The notes under the pieces are model-generated. The model was not told the origin of the DNA, did not search any database, and saw nothing but the letters and a program-made list of their open reading frames with translations. Below are positions 27,079 through 40,490 of a DNA stretch of 64,000 bases, piece by piece. The stretch covers positions 148,180,001 through 148,244,000 of the forward strand of contig NC_042998.1 in the NCBI RefSeq assembly GCF_006345805.1. Reading direction: 5' to 3'. Numbering within the stretch: the stretch's first letter is position 1; every line of letters starts with the position of its first letter. The translations under genes were made by a program, and so were the position numbers. The stretch is from Octopus sinensis. Taxonomy: Eukaryota.

Positions 27079-27124
27079 AACACAACATTTCGGCTGATAT
27101 ACCCTCCAACCTTCATCAGGTGTC
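27079..27124 (-). ncRNA. Type I hammerhead ribozyme in the inverted pLTR
   Basis: Minus strand: gacac CTGATGA A ggttg-gagggtatat-cagcc GAA ATGT T gtgtt. Stem I is 5 bp, there is an extra A after A9, and stem II is 5 bp. The stem III palindrome is ACGT in the 3' copy and ATGT here. Confidence 0.75.
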
Positions 27125-28263
27125 TTGGGGAAATTTCGAACCTTGATGGAAATGTTGACCTTCTTTGTAGAAACTACCTATTTCAGTATGGGCACTGATA
27201 TATATCGACAAAAAGAGGGTTTAGCTATGGGATTGCCATTATCACCGATAATAGCCAATATATACATGGAATACTTTGAGAATTTGGCTTTGGGATTAAC
27301 ACCACTAAAACCAACCCTATGGCTGCGATATATTGATGACACCTTTATTCTCTGGCCCCACCAGGAAGATGTCTAAGTGCTATTAGATTATGTGAACTCA
27401 ATAAAGCCATCCATACAGTTCACAATGGAAAAGGAAAAGGACAATCAGCTAGCATTCCTGGACGTATTAATAACACGCACCAAGTATGGGTTCAGGACAT
27501 CCGTATACCGCAAGCCGACCTTCACTAGACGATACCTTAACTTCAATTCCTACCATCCATACAGTGTAAAGAGAGGGATTGCTCAGTGCCTAAAACATCG
27601 GGCAAAGAATATAAGTAGTGATCGTGATACTCACCACGAAGAAATGATGAAGCTCAGTAACAATCTATTAAGCAACAATTACTCCCCAAAACATACAATC
27701 TACCCCAATTATGAATAAGAGAGAGTATGAAACCAATAAACTGTCTACAGTTTGTCTACCCTATGTGAAAGGCATCTTCGAAAAGATACAAAAGATATGT
27801 GGCCTATATGACATCAGGACAGTATTCAAGATTAATACAACATTTCATAAATATCTCCCCCGGATAAAACCACCAATAGAAGAGAATATGACCAAAAACT
27901 GCGTGTACTCCATCCCGTGCAGCTGTGGTAGGTTATACAAAGGCTAAACATGCCGCCCCCTCAAAATAAGGGTAGAGGAACATCGCAAAGCTGTGACACG
28001 ATATTGATAAATCGGGTATAGCTGATCATGTAGGGAAAAAGAGAGACCACCTCCCCCTGTGGGATGAAGTTAAAATAATAGACAGAGAACACCACTGAAA
28101 AATACGAAAACTAAAAGAAGCAGCACATATGCTAGGACACAACAACCTCCTAAGCAGACCGAGTGCAGATATGAATAGCATATGGGGACCGGTATTAAGG
28201 AAGGATAGGAAAATATTAGATTTATAAACCCTAAAATTCACTCCATAATTGCCCACCTGAATA

Positions 28264-28318
28264 TGGCGTAGTGGTTAAGAGCGCGGGCTACTAACCCCAA
28301 GATTCCGAGTTTGATTCC
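28264..28318 (+). promoter_or_regulatory. tRNA-like Pol III internal promoter (A box + B box) in the PLE 3' region
   Basis: TGGCGTAGTGG at 28264-28274 and GTTTGATTCC at 28309-28318, with tRNA-like spacing and a ctactaa loop. No acceptor stem. Confidence 0.6.
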
Positions 28319-28350
28319 AATACCTTAGGAATGATGAACACAGGTTTGAC

Positions 28351-28389
28351 ATACCCTGATGAAGGGTATATCAGCCGAAACGTTGTGTT
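28351..28389 (+). ncRNA. Damaged hammerhead motif in the 3' pLTR
   Basis: CTGATGA at 28356-28362, GAAA at 28377-28380, then ACGT-T-gtgtt. A 6-nt deletion removes the 5' strand of stem II relative to the inverted copy. Confidence 0.6.
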
Positions 28390-29404
28390 AACAACAAACA
28401 AGATGAGGACAAATATCCCGTCAAATATAAATAGTGTAAATAATGAACCTTCGTATATATGAGAATAATCCAGTTTAAGTTACATAAGGAAATTATGTAA
28501 TTGAATGCTATATTAAGCAGAAACAATGTCTGTTCTATCTACATCTGTATTTATATAAAAACATGTATGTATTTCTACATAAATCCCCCTCACACACACT
28601 TACACTTGTATATTTACACGATATCGATCATACACGTCGAAATAGGTATGGCCATATGTGTAAGAAATGTGCGTGTATGAAGTGGAGATAGTTTAGAAAG
28701 GTCCCAGTGAGGTGACTCAAACAGAGAAGCATATAAGGGCAACGGATGGCTTTTCAAGATCAGGCTCAATAATCACATGTCTTCTTTTAAAATCCAGGAA
28801 AGACGTAATGTAGAACATTAGTGGGATTCATATGGCTATAGAATGGAAACACTGTGTTTTCCGTTTGTCCTTATACAGTTGGTCGTGTACAACCTATGTG
28901 TAAAGGTTGTATCTTTCTCTATTAGTGGTCCTTTCATCATAAATGAGAAGTTCATCTCATCCACACTCAGCACTGAAACATATGCATACATGTACGCGAT
29001 CACACATGCCCTTCAAAAAATCCTTTCCCCACCACCTCTCTTCCAGCCTTGCTCACGCATCTCTATCTCTCTTTCTCTCTATCGTCACTTCACTCACTTC
29101 TCCACCTCACTTTTATCCCATCATCATCCCACTGTCACACATAGATAAAATTGGTGGAAAATTTTCAGTTGAATGCTGACATGCAGAACTAAAATTGACC
29201 AATCTAACGAACATAACTGCAAGTGCTAGCCTTGTTTTTGTCTATTTTTTTGCGTTTTCTTTCATCCATGAGATTAGCACCGTTAAAAAAAAAATCTAAT
29301 TTATATCTCCATGACTGAAAGGTTCTTCGTCACGAAACTGCTCAGTAACATGAATTAGCCGTTATGAGATTATATTTATCATATTTCATAAATAATATAG
29401 TATA

Positions 29405-29802
29405 GGCGCTGGCTTGACTGTGAAGTAAGAAGCTTGCTTCCCAACCATATTGTTCGGGGTTCAGTCCTACTGTGTGACACCTTGGGCAAGTGTCTTCTAC
29501 TATAGCCTCGGGTCGACCAATGCCTTGTGAGTGGATATAGTAGACGGAAACTAAAAGAATCCCGTCGTATATATATGTATATATTTATGTGTCTATGTTT
29601 GTCTCCCCACCAATGCTTGACAACCGATGCTGATGTGTTTATGTCCTCATAACCAAGCGGTTAGGTAAAAGGGGTCGATAGAATTTGTACTAGGCATACA
29701 AAAAAAAGTCCTGGGCTAGATTTCTTCGACTAAAACACTTTAAGGCTGTGATCCAGCACGACCGCAGTCAAATGACTGAAACAAGTAAAAGAATAAAAGA
29801 AT
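29405..29802 (+). mobile_element. SINE family A copy
   Basis: Full head to tail similarity to the other copies. Confidence 0.88.
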
Positions 29803-30561
29803 ATGCGCAAGTTGCTAGCTATTATACTACGGGTGATTACACACACACACACACACACACACATGCATACGCACGCACAAACACACGCACAAACACACGC
29901 ACATATGTACATATACGTATACAAACACACGCACATATGCGTTTGTATCTATATACATGTATGTATATGCATACTTATATACATACATATATTCACCCCA
30001 CCTATATATGTGTGTGTGTACGCATTAATATATGTATATATGTATAATACATAAAGTGGATATTCCATTGTTTCATTATAACTACTAATTTTCGCCATAG
30101 CATGTCCCTTCACGAAATATTTTTCATTCCACTTTCATATTCTATTTGGATCATGCGTTCTCAGTTGCTGCTACTTTTGTTGATTTTTTAAATCTATTTA
30201 TTTCAGTGTTTTAATGAGTATATTACAATGTTAAAAGTCTATGTGTATATTGAAACGTATGTGCGTTTCTATCTGTACCATTCGTCAAATTTTGTCCATA
30301 TGAAATACATGCATCTGTGTATTATTGTATTTATTTCAATGATACAGTCACCGTGTGTTTCTATAAAAGCAATATACCTCAAATGTCTTTGTTATGTACA
30401 GAACCATCTAAACTTTAAAACGAATACTTCACATAGGAACAATGCAATGAGACAATTTTCGTATCTCTTCGATGTATATGAAACGTTTAAACACAATATA
30501 CTTCCATAAGAGATGTTAACTCTGTACGAATACAGCAGTAAATTCGCCTTTCAATAATGTA

Positions 30562-31693
30562 CAGAGTGGCGCATGAAAAATAACCCCGGATTTCGTAGCA
30601 TAGTGTAAATACAAAAATGAATTTTCACACCCAAAAAAGACCCAGCCCATCGTTTGTAAGTGCCATTATGTTATTTCGACCTCTTATAACTGTTGAACAA
30701 AGATGACGCACTAGTCGACTGCTTGCTACGTTACCCTCACCATATACAAATTTTGGTTAAGAAATGGTGCGCTCCGGTTCAAAACAGAGAGACCCTACAG
30801 TTCGAACGCCGGAAGTTATTTAGGGCATTCGCCAAAAATTACTCGAAGTCCAAAGAAGTCAACACGTAGATTGGCGTAGCAGTCTCATAAGAAGGAGGTC
30901 ATGCCAACTGGTGTTAAAAAGTCTAAAGTTGAAACCATATCATTTCACATATGCACAACAATAAAAAGTGAACGACAAGAGTAAACGAGTAAATTACTGC
31001 ACTTGGCTTCTGAATAGCATTGCTAATAGAGAGCTTCATCAATTCCAGTACACAATGAATGATGAAGCATAATTTCATCTCTCGGGTCACGTAAATTCAC
31101 AAAATACACGGTACTAGGCGGTGGAGAATCCACACCTTGTGTAGAAGCAGCCACTCCACAAAAAAAAAAAAAAAAATGGTGTTTGGTGTACTGTTTCAAG
31201 GACACGCATTACTGGACTGATATTTTTTATAGTACTGTCAACACGGAAGTCTACACGTACATTTTGAAGATGAAAGACTGGTAGACTTCTTCCAGTAGGA
31301 TAGGGCGACTTTCTACTCTTCTCTGGTGTACATGCAGCGAGTTCATGGGGTCTTCTCTGAGGAACGTACAGTTGGTAAAAATTTGTGACCACCATGTGCT
31401 CTTGACCTTTCAATGTGTGAATATATTTCTGGGAACACTTGAAGAGCACGGTGTACGAAAAAGATCCGCACACGTAGGCGCAGGCGTGGCTGAGTGGCAA
31501 GAAGCTTGCTTCCCAGCCACGTGGTTCCGGGTTCAGTCCTGCTGCGTGACACCTAGGACAAATGTCTTCTACTATAGCCATCGGCCAGCCAAAGTCTAGT
31601 GAGTGGATTTGGTAGACGGAAACCGAAAGAAGTACGTCATGTGTATACATACATACATACATACATACATACATACATACATACATACATACA

Positions 31694-31754
<61 letters not shown>

Positions 31755-32171
31755 ATGTATATTTATGTGTGTGCGCGTGTATGCGTGTGTTTGTTCCTCC
31801 ACCATCGCTTGACAACCGATGCTGTTGTGTTTACGTTCTCGTAACTTAGCTGCTCGGCAAGAAGATACATAGTACTAGGCTTACAAATAATAAATCCTGG
31901 GGCGATTGCTTCGACTAAAAACACCCTTTAAGGCTGTGCTCCAGCATCGCCGAAGACAAATGGCTGAAACAAGTAAAAGAATAATATAGCAATTGATGGA
32001 CAACATGACGCATTCGTTCACCGCCATCAATGTCACTATTTTACGAAGGGTGTACCTAAACATGGTTAGACGTACCCATCTATGTTTTGATGCTACAGAG
32101 AACTATTTTCAGATATTCTATGACTAGGAGTCTTTTCCAGCACTTAAAAATTTAGTTCTGTATTTACTCTG
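30562..32171 (+). mobile_element. Decayed rosa-like Tc1/mariner element interrupted by a SINE
   Basis: Reads NDEA*FHLSGHVNSQNTRY*AVENPH, then FQ*DRATFYS..L*PPCALDLSMCE. It resumes after the SINE as LMDNMTHSFTAINVTILRRVYLNM..NYFQ. Termini match only over TAcagagt, so the boundaries are weak. Confidence 0.75.
31477..31983 (+). mobile_element. SINE family A copy with internal (TACA)n, inserted in transposase
   Basis: Full-length head and tail; the transposase frame continues on both sides. Confidence 0.9.
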
Positions 32172-33145
32172 TATTATGGAAGTTGGGCTACTTTTTTATG
32201 CTCCACTCTGTATTTACATTTTGTATAATACATAAAAAGGGCTGTTTTAATTCAATACTACTTCTGTTGCATATATCAGATTCTTATCTGTAAGTCGTGC
32301 GAGTGGCACGTGCAATAACAGGTGCTTCAAACTGAGCCTGAAACACTTGTTTTTGTGCGTGTCGCGCACCCGATCTTTAAAAGCAAACAGAAGATAAGTG
32401 TTTTCTTCATAAATAACCTCCATACAATATTTTAAAAACTATATATACTTATATGTACACGCACACATACATGTATACATTCGCATGTCACTTCGCTGTG
32501 TGTGCACCATGCAGTTGTAGCTTCCAATGTATGTGAACGAAAATATGTTTATATCTTGGAGTTTATGTTCTCCTCTTCTTTCATTTCATTGGTTCCTCAT
32601 CAGATGCATCCATCGATTACGTACCCTTATTGTCATCAGCCCTTATTCCACCCCTTATCGACACCACCAACACCATCCGACTCCACCTACCTCCGCTCCA
32701 TCTTAACTGCCCATGTGTGTATGTTATGCGATATTGACTGTACCAGCAGCGTTAGAAGCTTTGACACCAAACCCTCTTTTCTATCGCTCCATCTTGAACG
32801 ATCGACGAGAAGAGAGGAAGTAAAAAATATATAAGCAACAATAACAACAATATCAACGACGACAACAACAATATCAACAACAACAACAACAACCTATCTA
32901 ACCAATTTATTTATGTTACTTTTCATGTTGTTTATTTTGTTGTCATATTGGTTTCGGATATATCACTTTGTTGTTGTTTGTGAATTGTTTTATAGGTACA
33001 ATTTTTTTGTTGCTATTACTCATCATCATTGTCATCATCATCATTATCGTCGCCTCATCGTTGTCGTCGTCGTCGTCGTCGTCCTCCTCCTCCTCCTCGT
33101 CCTCCTCCTCCTCTTCTTCTTCTTCTTCTTCTTCATCTTCTTCTT

Positions 33146-33220
<75 letters not shown>

Positions 33221-33266
33221 CCTCTATTTCAGCGCTTGCTTTTTTCGGAATTTTGTTTCGCTCTGT

Positions 33267-33317
<51 letters not shown>

Positions 33318-34069
33318 CGCACACATATACATATACATATGTACACATACAGACACACACATACACACACACACACATATATATATATACACACACATAT
33401 GCATATACATACATACACATACACACACACACACTCACACATTCTCTCTAAATCTCCTAACCTTTCCATCCTCTCACTTGTTCTGCTTCCTCTACCTTAC
33501 TCTTCTCTCTGCGCCAGCCTCCCAAACTCTCTCTCTCTCGGCCTTCCTCTTCCCAACACTTTTCTCTTCATCTCTCTCCAAAACACACACTCTCTCTTTC
33601 TCTTTCTCTCCCCCAATTCTTCCCTCCTCCATCTCTCTCCCGTTAGTGATAACATTTAGAGATAACTCGACCGTCACTGATAACATTCACATCAATTTTG
33701 ATTATTTTGTTTTTTATATTATGTTCGTTTTGCTTGTCGATGTTGTTGTTGTTGCCGTCGTTTTGGTTGTTCTCTTGTTTTCTTCTCTCGTTTATATATT
33801 GATGTATATATTTTTGGGGTTTATACTTATTTACGTATGGCTGTGTGTATATCTGTGTGTATGTATGTGTAAGAGAGTGTGTATGTGTATTCCATATCTG
33901 TGTACTCCGTTTGTGTGCGTGTCTGTGAGTGTGTGTGAATGCGAGGATTATATTTCTGTGTATATGTGTGCATTGGTGTGTTCATGCTTTTTTTATAGTT
34001 TTTGTGTGTAGGTCTATTTCATATGTATATATGTGTATGTTTATGTATGTTATATTTGTTTCTTTGTGT

Positions 34070-34122
<53 letters not shown>

Positions 34123-34230
34123 AGTGTGTGCGTGTGTGTTTTATCAGTTCCGGTCACGTTGTTAGACTTGTGATGATAGCTGCTTGCAATAATTTTGGGG
34201 AAACACATAACACCGCTTACGCACACGCAT

Positions 34231-34271
<41 letters not shown>

Positions 34272-34881
34272 ACACACACACACACACATACACACACATA
34301 CACATCATCACACAAACATACGCCAGCACAAATAAAGATGTATGCATACATGTATGCATAAATAAAGGCCTGCATATGAACATACATACACACTCATTTA
34401 TATATAGGCGCATTATACAATATATATATATGCACGTGTGTGTGTGGTGTGTGTGTGTATGTGTGGTGTGTGTATATATATTATATATATATATGCTTAT
34501 ATATGTATATATGTATATATAAATACGTGTGTGTGTGCAAATGAGTGTTTATATTTGTGAAAATATATATTGTAAATATGTGTGTATCTGCATTTGTGTG
34601 TGTACATACCAGTATTCATAAACATACATTATGTACACTGAAGAAATTTCAACATTACATACGCGTGTATACATATATACACCCAACCATTTATGCAAAA
34701 ATATAGTATATGTAGCTCAACCAGTATATGTAGATAAATAATTATATATATATATGTATAGAAATGCGCATGCAAATACATGCATACAGCCTCACGTACA
34801 AACACACAAACGGATGCATATATACATTTACACACATATACACACATTATATATGCAAACAACCGCACACATATATCATAT

Positions 34882-34920
<39 letters not shown>

Positions 34921-35274
34921 GGTGTACATGCAAACGTATATATATATATATATATATATATACATGCATACATACACACACATGTGTATATATGCATACA
35001 TACATACAAACATACATATACATATATATGTATGTATATATGCATGTTAGTATATGTGCATGTGTGAATATGTATATTTATAGGCATTTAAATAGACATA
35101 ATCATACAAGCTCACATAAATATATGTATCTGTGTATCTGTGTTTACATGCATACGTACATACATACATACTTACACACATATATACATATTTATGTATA
35201 TACAAATATATATGTATATACATTTATATAAATATATATGCCTATGAATGCATATATACGTATTTACATATAGG

Positions 35275-35337
<63 letters not shown>

Positions 35338-37004
35338 ATAAGTATATATTGTACAATTAATATATACGTATGCATAAACATTAACATATATTTGTGTACT
35401 TGATCTATATTTATTTATTTCAACATTGCACACACATGCATCTATACACACATATATGCACACACCTACAAATGCAATTTGTATCTTGTATAAGTGTATG
35501 AATACGTAATGTACACAATAATTATAAGAAAATTTATTTAAATGGTGGTATATCTTCCAGATATACATTCTATATTCCTAATTTCATATACAAGCCAATT
35601 ACAACGGGGCCCGGTATACATACATACATACGTACATACATACATACATACATACATACATACATACATACATACATACATACATACATACATACACACA
35701 CACACATATATATATATACATACACACGCTGGCACGCACACACGCACACACACATATATCCATATACATCTATATATGTCTGTTTATATATATATAAGGA
35801 TATAAATATTTAGGTAGATACATATGAGTATGTATGTAGGTATATGTGTATGAACGTATAAATCATAGAGCTGATGCAAATGTGCACACTCGCACGCACA
35901 CAAACGCACATACACAGACGCACATACACACACACATAAATGTATGCATATGCAAAAATGCCTGTATATAAGTGTGTGCTTATTTATGCGTGCAGTGTTA
36001 TAACTGCAAGTTCTGCTAGGAACAGAGTGAAATAGATTGTGTTCTTCTTCCTACAAGTTTATTTTCTTCACCACCAGACTCTACCTTGCTCTGCTACGCC
36101 ACACCTTTCAACTGAACCCTCTTTGCCTTTTTTTGCCCCACCCTTGCGTAATTTCCCCACTAGAAATCGTTATTTTTCATCTTTCCTCTCTTGGGACTCT
36201 ATACTTCTGTCTGAAAATGCTTTAAAAACATTTTGTTTCTGTTTTTCTTTCGTCTGTTATAAACGCTGCAAAAACTCCTTCACGTGCCTACAGCTCTTTT
36301 GTTTACTTTACGTTTATCAGCTTCTACCTATCCGTATTTTGCACCAGTTGTGTAACCTCCACAGACTTTTCACTACTATTATATTTTTTCACCAGTGTTT
36401 TATTGTATTTTTTATCTCTCTGAATTCACATCTTTCCTCTCCTGTTCCTACTTTTTATCCCATCTTTTTTCCTTTGTTTTTTTTTTTCAATTTTCTTCCT
36501 TTTCATATTTCACTTTTATATTTTCTTCTCTTCTTCCTTCCGCTTATATGCTTTACGCTTTACATTCTGACACATGCATACACACTTCTATCGCCTTCAT
36601 CTTGCCCTCCTCCAGCATATGCCCCAATAATAAAATAACTTTTTTTCTCACCAACGTTTTATTGAAATTTATCTTTTTCCATATTTCTTGTATTCTTCTG
36701 TCACTTCTCTCCCAACAGCACCTTCCCCCCTATATCTTTGTATACATTTCTATCTCGCCATCCACACTCTACTTGCCTTCGCTTTCAATTCAAACTTTCG
36801 TCTGCTCCCATTTCCTCTCTTCATGCTTTCCTTGCACACAATACAACTACAACCCACGATCCAACGCCAATACACTTCCAGACCTGCACACCTCTACACA
36901 CATCACCTCATGATACACACGTCTCCCCTTATACTTATATCAATAGGCAATATACTCCTGAACGTGCACACACATACCGTCACTTCCTCTTCTTAACTAC
37001 CCTA

Positions 37005-37740
37005 CAGAACCGCGAGCTCCGTAGCCACTGATGAGTGTGCTTCTGGTCTACATCAGATTGTTTGCTATGGGCCAGATATTTGTCATGCAAAGGTCTTTGT
37101 TTCCACTATCAGCCAATTGTTCAAACGCATTTTGCTTTGCTATTGATTTCACCTTCTTTGCAACTCCAGTTGCCGTATTTCCATCATGTTGTTAAACCTG
37201 GGTATTATGCATAAACTCACTTTTTTGTTCTCCTTCATAACAGACTGAAGGTTCTCACGTCTTTCGTGGTTTTCAACGAGCTTTAGCATCCAGTCGTTAG
37301 ATATTTCAAAATATTTTGCCCGTCCATTTGTGGTAATTTTGTAAGAGATTTCAGGTTGGATCAAGCCCCGACCTCCCTAGTAGTTCCGTTTCTTTTTTGC
37401 ATATATACGTATATGTATATACATATATATGCATGCATAAGCATATATATTTATATAAATGTATATACATATATATTTGTATATACATAAATATGAATAT
37501 ATGTGTGTATGTATGTACATATGCATGTATACACAGATGCACAGATACATATAGGTTGGTAAAGGCGATCTGCATCTACCTTTGGATGGTGCATCGTCAG
37601 CAGCTTGCGGATTTTTCCTGTCAATCTTTCTTATTTCGCTCATATTCCAGTTCAACACATTGAAACTGTAAAAAAGAAACGGAACTGTTAAGGAATTTAT
37701 GGCTAACACCTTGTTACATGCATTTAACTCGGATTATTAT
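37005..37740 (-). mobile_element. Dong/R4-clade LINE fragment (RT thumb region) split by a microsatellite
   Basis: [26 protein letters not shown]; [22 protein letters not shown]; GGRGLIQ..SNDWMLKLVENHE; WKQRPLHDKY..DVDQKHTHQWLRSS. Confidence 0.85.
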
Positions 37741-37929
37741 GATTTTTTAAAAAGAATCTCCGCCTCGTCATTTTCAGTAACTTTTACTACTCTATAATTA
37801 CACCATTTTCCGGATGGTTCTACACTGTGCGCTTTATATAATTACCAGTAAATAACTCATATAATTTTGTCTTGCTTATGTTATTGTATTATTTCTGTAT
37901 CACGTTTTAACACTCTCAATATAAGTGGG

Positions 37930-38250
37930 TCACAGTCTCCTCGAGGCAATGTTTATCTGTCATGTGGGCTTAGTGAAAGAGTTTATCTGGTAGACCGGAT
38001 TGAAGGGGTTGAAGTAGACATTTGCCTCTTTGGCCAAAACCTCATCAACCTTTTCAAGTCTCACTTGAAAAGAAAAGTGAGGGTGGAGAGAAAAGCGCTC
38101 CTTTTGCAGCAAAAGTGCTCCCTTTGTAGAAAAGTGGGTGATAGTGCAAAAATGAAATCCGTGTGAAGGGTCCGATACTAAGATAGAAGAAGGAGGATGA
38201 AGAAATATGGCCTTCCATTGCATACACTGTCTACCCAGGGCTTAACAATT
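37930..38250 (+). mobile_element. Tx1-clade LINE C-terminal fragment
   Basis: GQNLINLFKSHLKRKVRVERKAL, homologous to FLKFHLEKKVRAEREV at 52795-52977. Confidence 0.65.
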
Positions 38251-38251
38251 A

Positions 38252-39028
38252 TTTCTAGGACCGCAATGTAGGCGGCAGAGCTAACTGTAAGGCCTTGTGG
38301 AAAGAAAGTATGGAAGCATTACATGTCCTTCATTGATGACAATCCCTAAAACTATGACAGTTGCAGGAAATTTTGTATGCATAACACTTGGAACTTCAGA
38401 AGGGTCTTCACATAAGCATCTGTCATTTCTTCTGTCAACTTTTTGATCTTGGTCAAAGGTTTTCTCGTTTGTGAAAAACCAAATCAAATCTTATGCTGGA
38501 TTTTTCATTTTGTTTAAGAGCCTTTTAGATCTGATGTAGTTATTTTCGTTTGCTTTTTCTGACAGATTGACCTTTCCTCATAATATAAGAGTTATATCTG
38601 ATCTCTTCGTAGACAACATTTCTGACTGTTCCTTCTTGAACATGGAAATCTTTTGCAATTGACCTCATGGACTTTCTAGGATTGTCAATGGTCTGTTGAA
38701 CTTGCTGGATAAAGTCAGGTGTTATGATGATTTCAGAGCGTTTAGAATGTTTTTTATACTTTGATACTGGTGATACGTTGCCGTCTTCAGTCTCTAGCCC
38801 TTTACAAACTTTGTAGACAAAAGAGCTAGCAACTTTAAAAAATCGAGATATTTCTAAATCGCTATGCTCAGCCTTTATAACCACAATAACAGCATGCCTC
38901 TTTATTTCTTGAGTAAGCAGAGGGTCTGCAATTATTATTTTCTGACACAAAGTTTATACAGAGTAGGCAAAAAAAAAATGCAGCAATGATCCCAAAATGG
39001 TATGTCCTCAAATACCTTATGCACCCTG
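38252..39028 (-). mobile_element. maT-like Tc1/mariner element, 5' half
   Basis: TIR TAcagggtgcataagg; LTQEIKRHAVIV..SDLEISRF..PRKSMRSIAKD; WFFTNEKTFDQDQKVDRRNDR..MHTKFPATV..NEGHVM. Confidence 0.85.
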
Positions 39029-39055
39029 TATATATGTGTATATATATATATATAT

Positions 39056-39102
<47 letters not shown>

Positions 39103-39116
39103 GGGGAGAGAGAGAG

Positions 39117-39442
39117 ATGCATGAAAATAGCTCTATGAAGAATTCCTATGTAAAAAGTCAAAAGGAAAATTATCAAAAATACACCCGGGAATGAAGTAAG
39201 ATAGAAAATGACAGCGAGGAAGAGAAAGAGAAAGAGAAAAAGAACGCATTTATGAGGGTCGATGTAGTGAAGTATTTACGTTTTTCATGCGAGTAATCAT
39301 TGTGTTTAAGCAAACTGACCTATCATAGGCTTCACTGGGAAATGTTTCCCAGGGGCTTCTTCATGGAAGTAGCGCACGTTTAGCGCATGATTAAATATAC
39401 TTATAATGTTTGGGTTAAATATTATTGCATTGTATTGTATCA
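39117..39442. repeat. Unclassified ~320-bp dispersed repeat, copy 1
   Basis: Colinear with 45792-46098; both share cttcttcatggaa.tagcgcacgtttagcgc and ttataatgtttgggtta. Confidence 0.85.
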
Positions 39443-39507
39443 CCCCGTACCGTCAGCGATCTGTTTGTAAACCCAAACTGGTTAATAAAGAGGTTATTAT
39501 TATTATC

Positions 39508-39593
<86 letters not shown>

Positions 39594-39603
39594 CATTATT
39601 ATT

Positions 39604-39976
39604 GAGTGGTAGAGCAGTGTATGCCATCAAAGTGACACTGGGGTAAAATATATGAAGCCCAGTATACCCATCATGACTACCCGTCTGATAAGGGTACGCT
39701 AGGCACATGCATCACAACCATATGTGCGCGACATGGTGATCTCATAAACAGCACATGACCTTGCAGGTGGGGTCCAGTTAGAAATTTCCTCTGGTCGAGT
39801 AGCCCATCCCGTGCAAAAGGTCCCTGAATAAGGGTTGTTTAAGGATGTTGAACGAACCACCCATATTTCTAAAGGTGAATTATCCAAACCTCTAAGAATT
39901 CCTTTCAACACACGGCTATGATGCTCCCCCACTACTTCTGCTCTTGGTCAGAGATGCACATATCGTCAGCCACTAA
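39604..39976 (-). mobile_element. Family C element, truncated
   Basis: Same left end abutting (TTA)n as 9819 and 10430; the other end abuts a family B SINE. Confidence 0.8.
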
Positions 39977-40181
39977 TTGGCAGAATTGGCAGAATCGTTA
40001 GAACACTGGGCGAAATGCTTAATGGTATTTCGTCCTTACGTTCTCAGTTTAAATTCTGCCGCGGTCGACTATGCCTTTCATTCTTTCGGGGTCGATAAAA
40101 TGAGTACCAGCGAAACACTAGGAGCGATGTAATCGACTAGTCCGCTCCCCTAAAATTTCAGGCCTTGTGCCTAAAGTAGAA

Positions 40182-40182
<1 letters not shown>
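39977..40182 (+). mobile_element. SINE family B copy with (ATT)n tail
   Basis: ggcagaatcgttag..gtcgactatgcctttcattctttcggggtcgataaa..ccttgtgcctaaagtagaa followed by (att)n. Confidence 0.85.
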
Positions 40183-40251
<69 letters not shown>

Positions 40252-40268
40252 TATTATTATCTTTTTAA

Positions 40269-40490
40269 GGCGGCGGACTGCTAGAATCGTTAGCAAGCCG
40301 GGCAAAATACTTATCGGTATTTCGTCTGTCTTTACGTTCTGAGTTCAAAATCCCGCCGAGGTCGACTTTGCCTTATTTTATCGACCTTTTTCAGAGTCGA
40401 TAAAGTAAGTACCAATTGAGCATTGGGGTCAGTGTAATCGAATTATCCCTTCCTCCAAACCTGCTGGCCTTCTGCCAGAATTTGAAACCT
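40269..40490 (+). mobile_element. SINE family B copy
   Basis: Full head ggcggcggactgctagaatcgttagc, B box gagttcaaaatccc and the family body. Confidence 0.85.

Larger units (their letters stand above)
26991..28445 (+). mobile_element. Penelope-like element: inverted 5' pLTR, truncated RT + GIY-YIG ORF, 3' pLTR
   Basis: RT motifs GLAMGLPLSPIIANIYME, WLRYIDDTF, LAFLDV, VYRKPT and HPYSVKRG. GIY-YIG motif CVYSIPCSCGRLYKG*TCRPLKIRVEEH. Positions 27035-27142 are an inverted copy of 28340-28445. Confidence 0.92.

Noticed and set aside
28264-28318. tRNA-like segment and SINE A/B heads as real tRNA genes
   Set aside because: No acceptor stem and incomplete arms; they are promoter-like heads only.
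29310-29355. Hammerhead-like half (gtcac GAAACTGCTCAGTA)
   Set aside because: No CUGANGA strand and no stem I.
32968-34011. Longest ORF in the track (347 aa) and overlapping ORFs
   Set aside because: Translation of concatenated (TCG/TCC/TCT), (TAT), (CA) and (TG) repeats; no domain or splice structure.
36039-37031. Overlapping Phe/Leu/Ser-rich ORFs
   Set aside because: Pyrimidine-rich low-complexity DNA that is stop-poor on this strand.
37585-37605. Other CTGANGA matches (1706, 14072, 26505, 32598, 37028, 37595, 38785)
   Set aside because: No correctly placed GAAA-stem III-UH; most lie in TE coding sequence.
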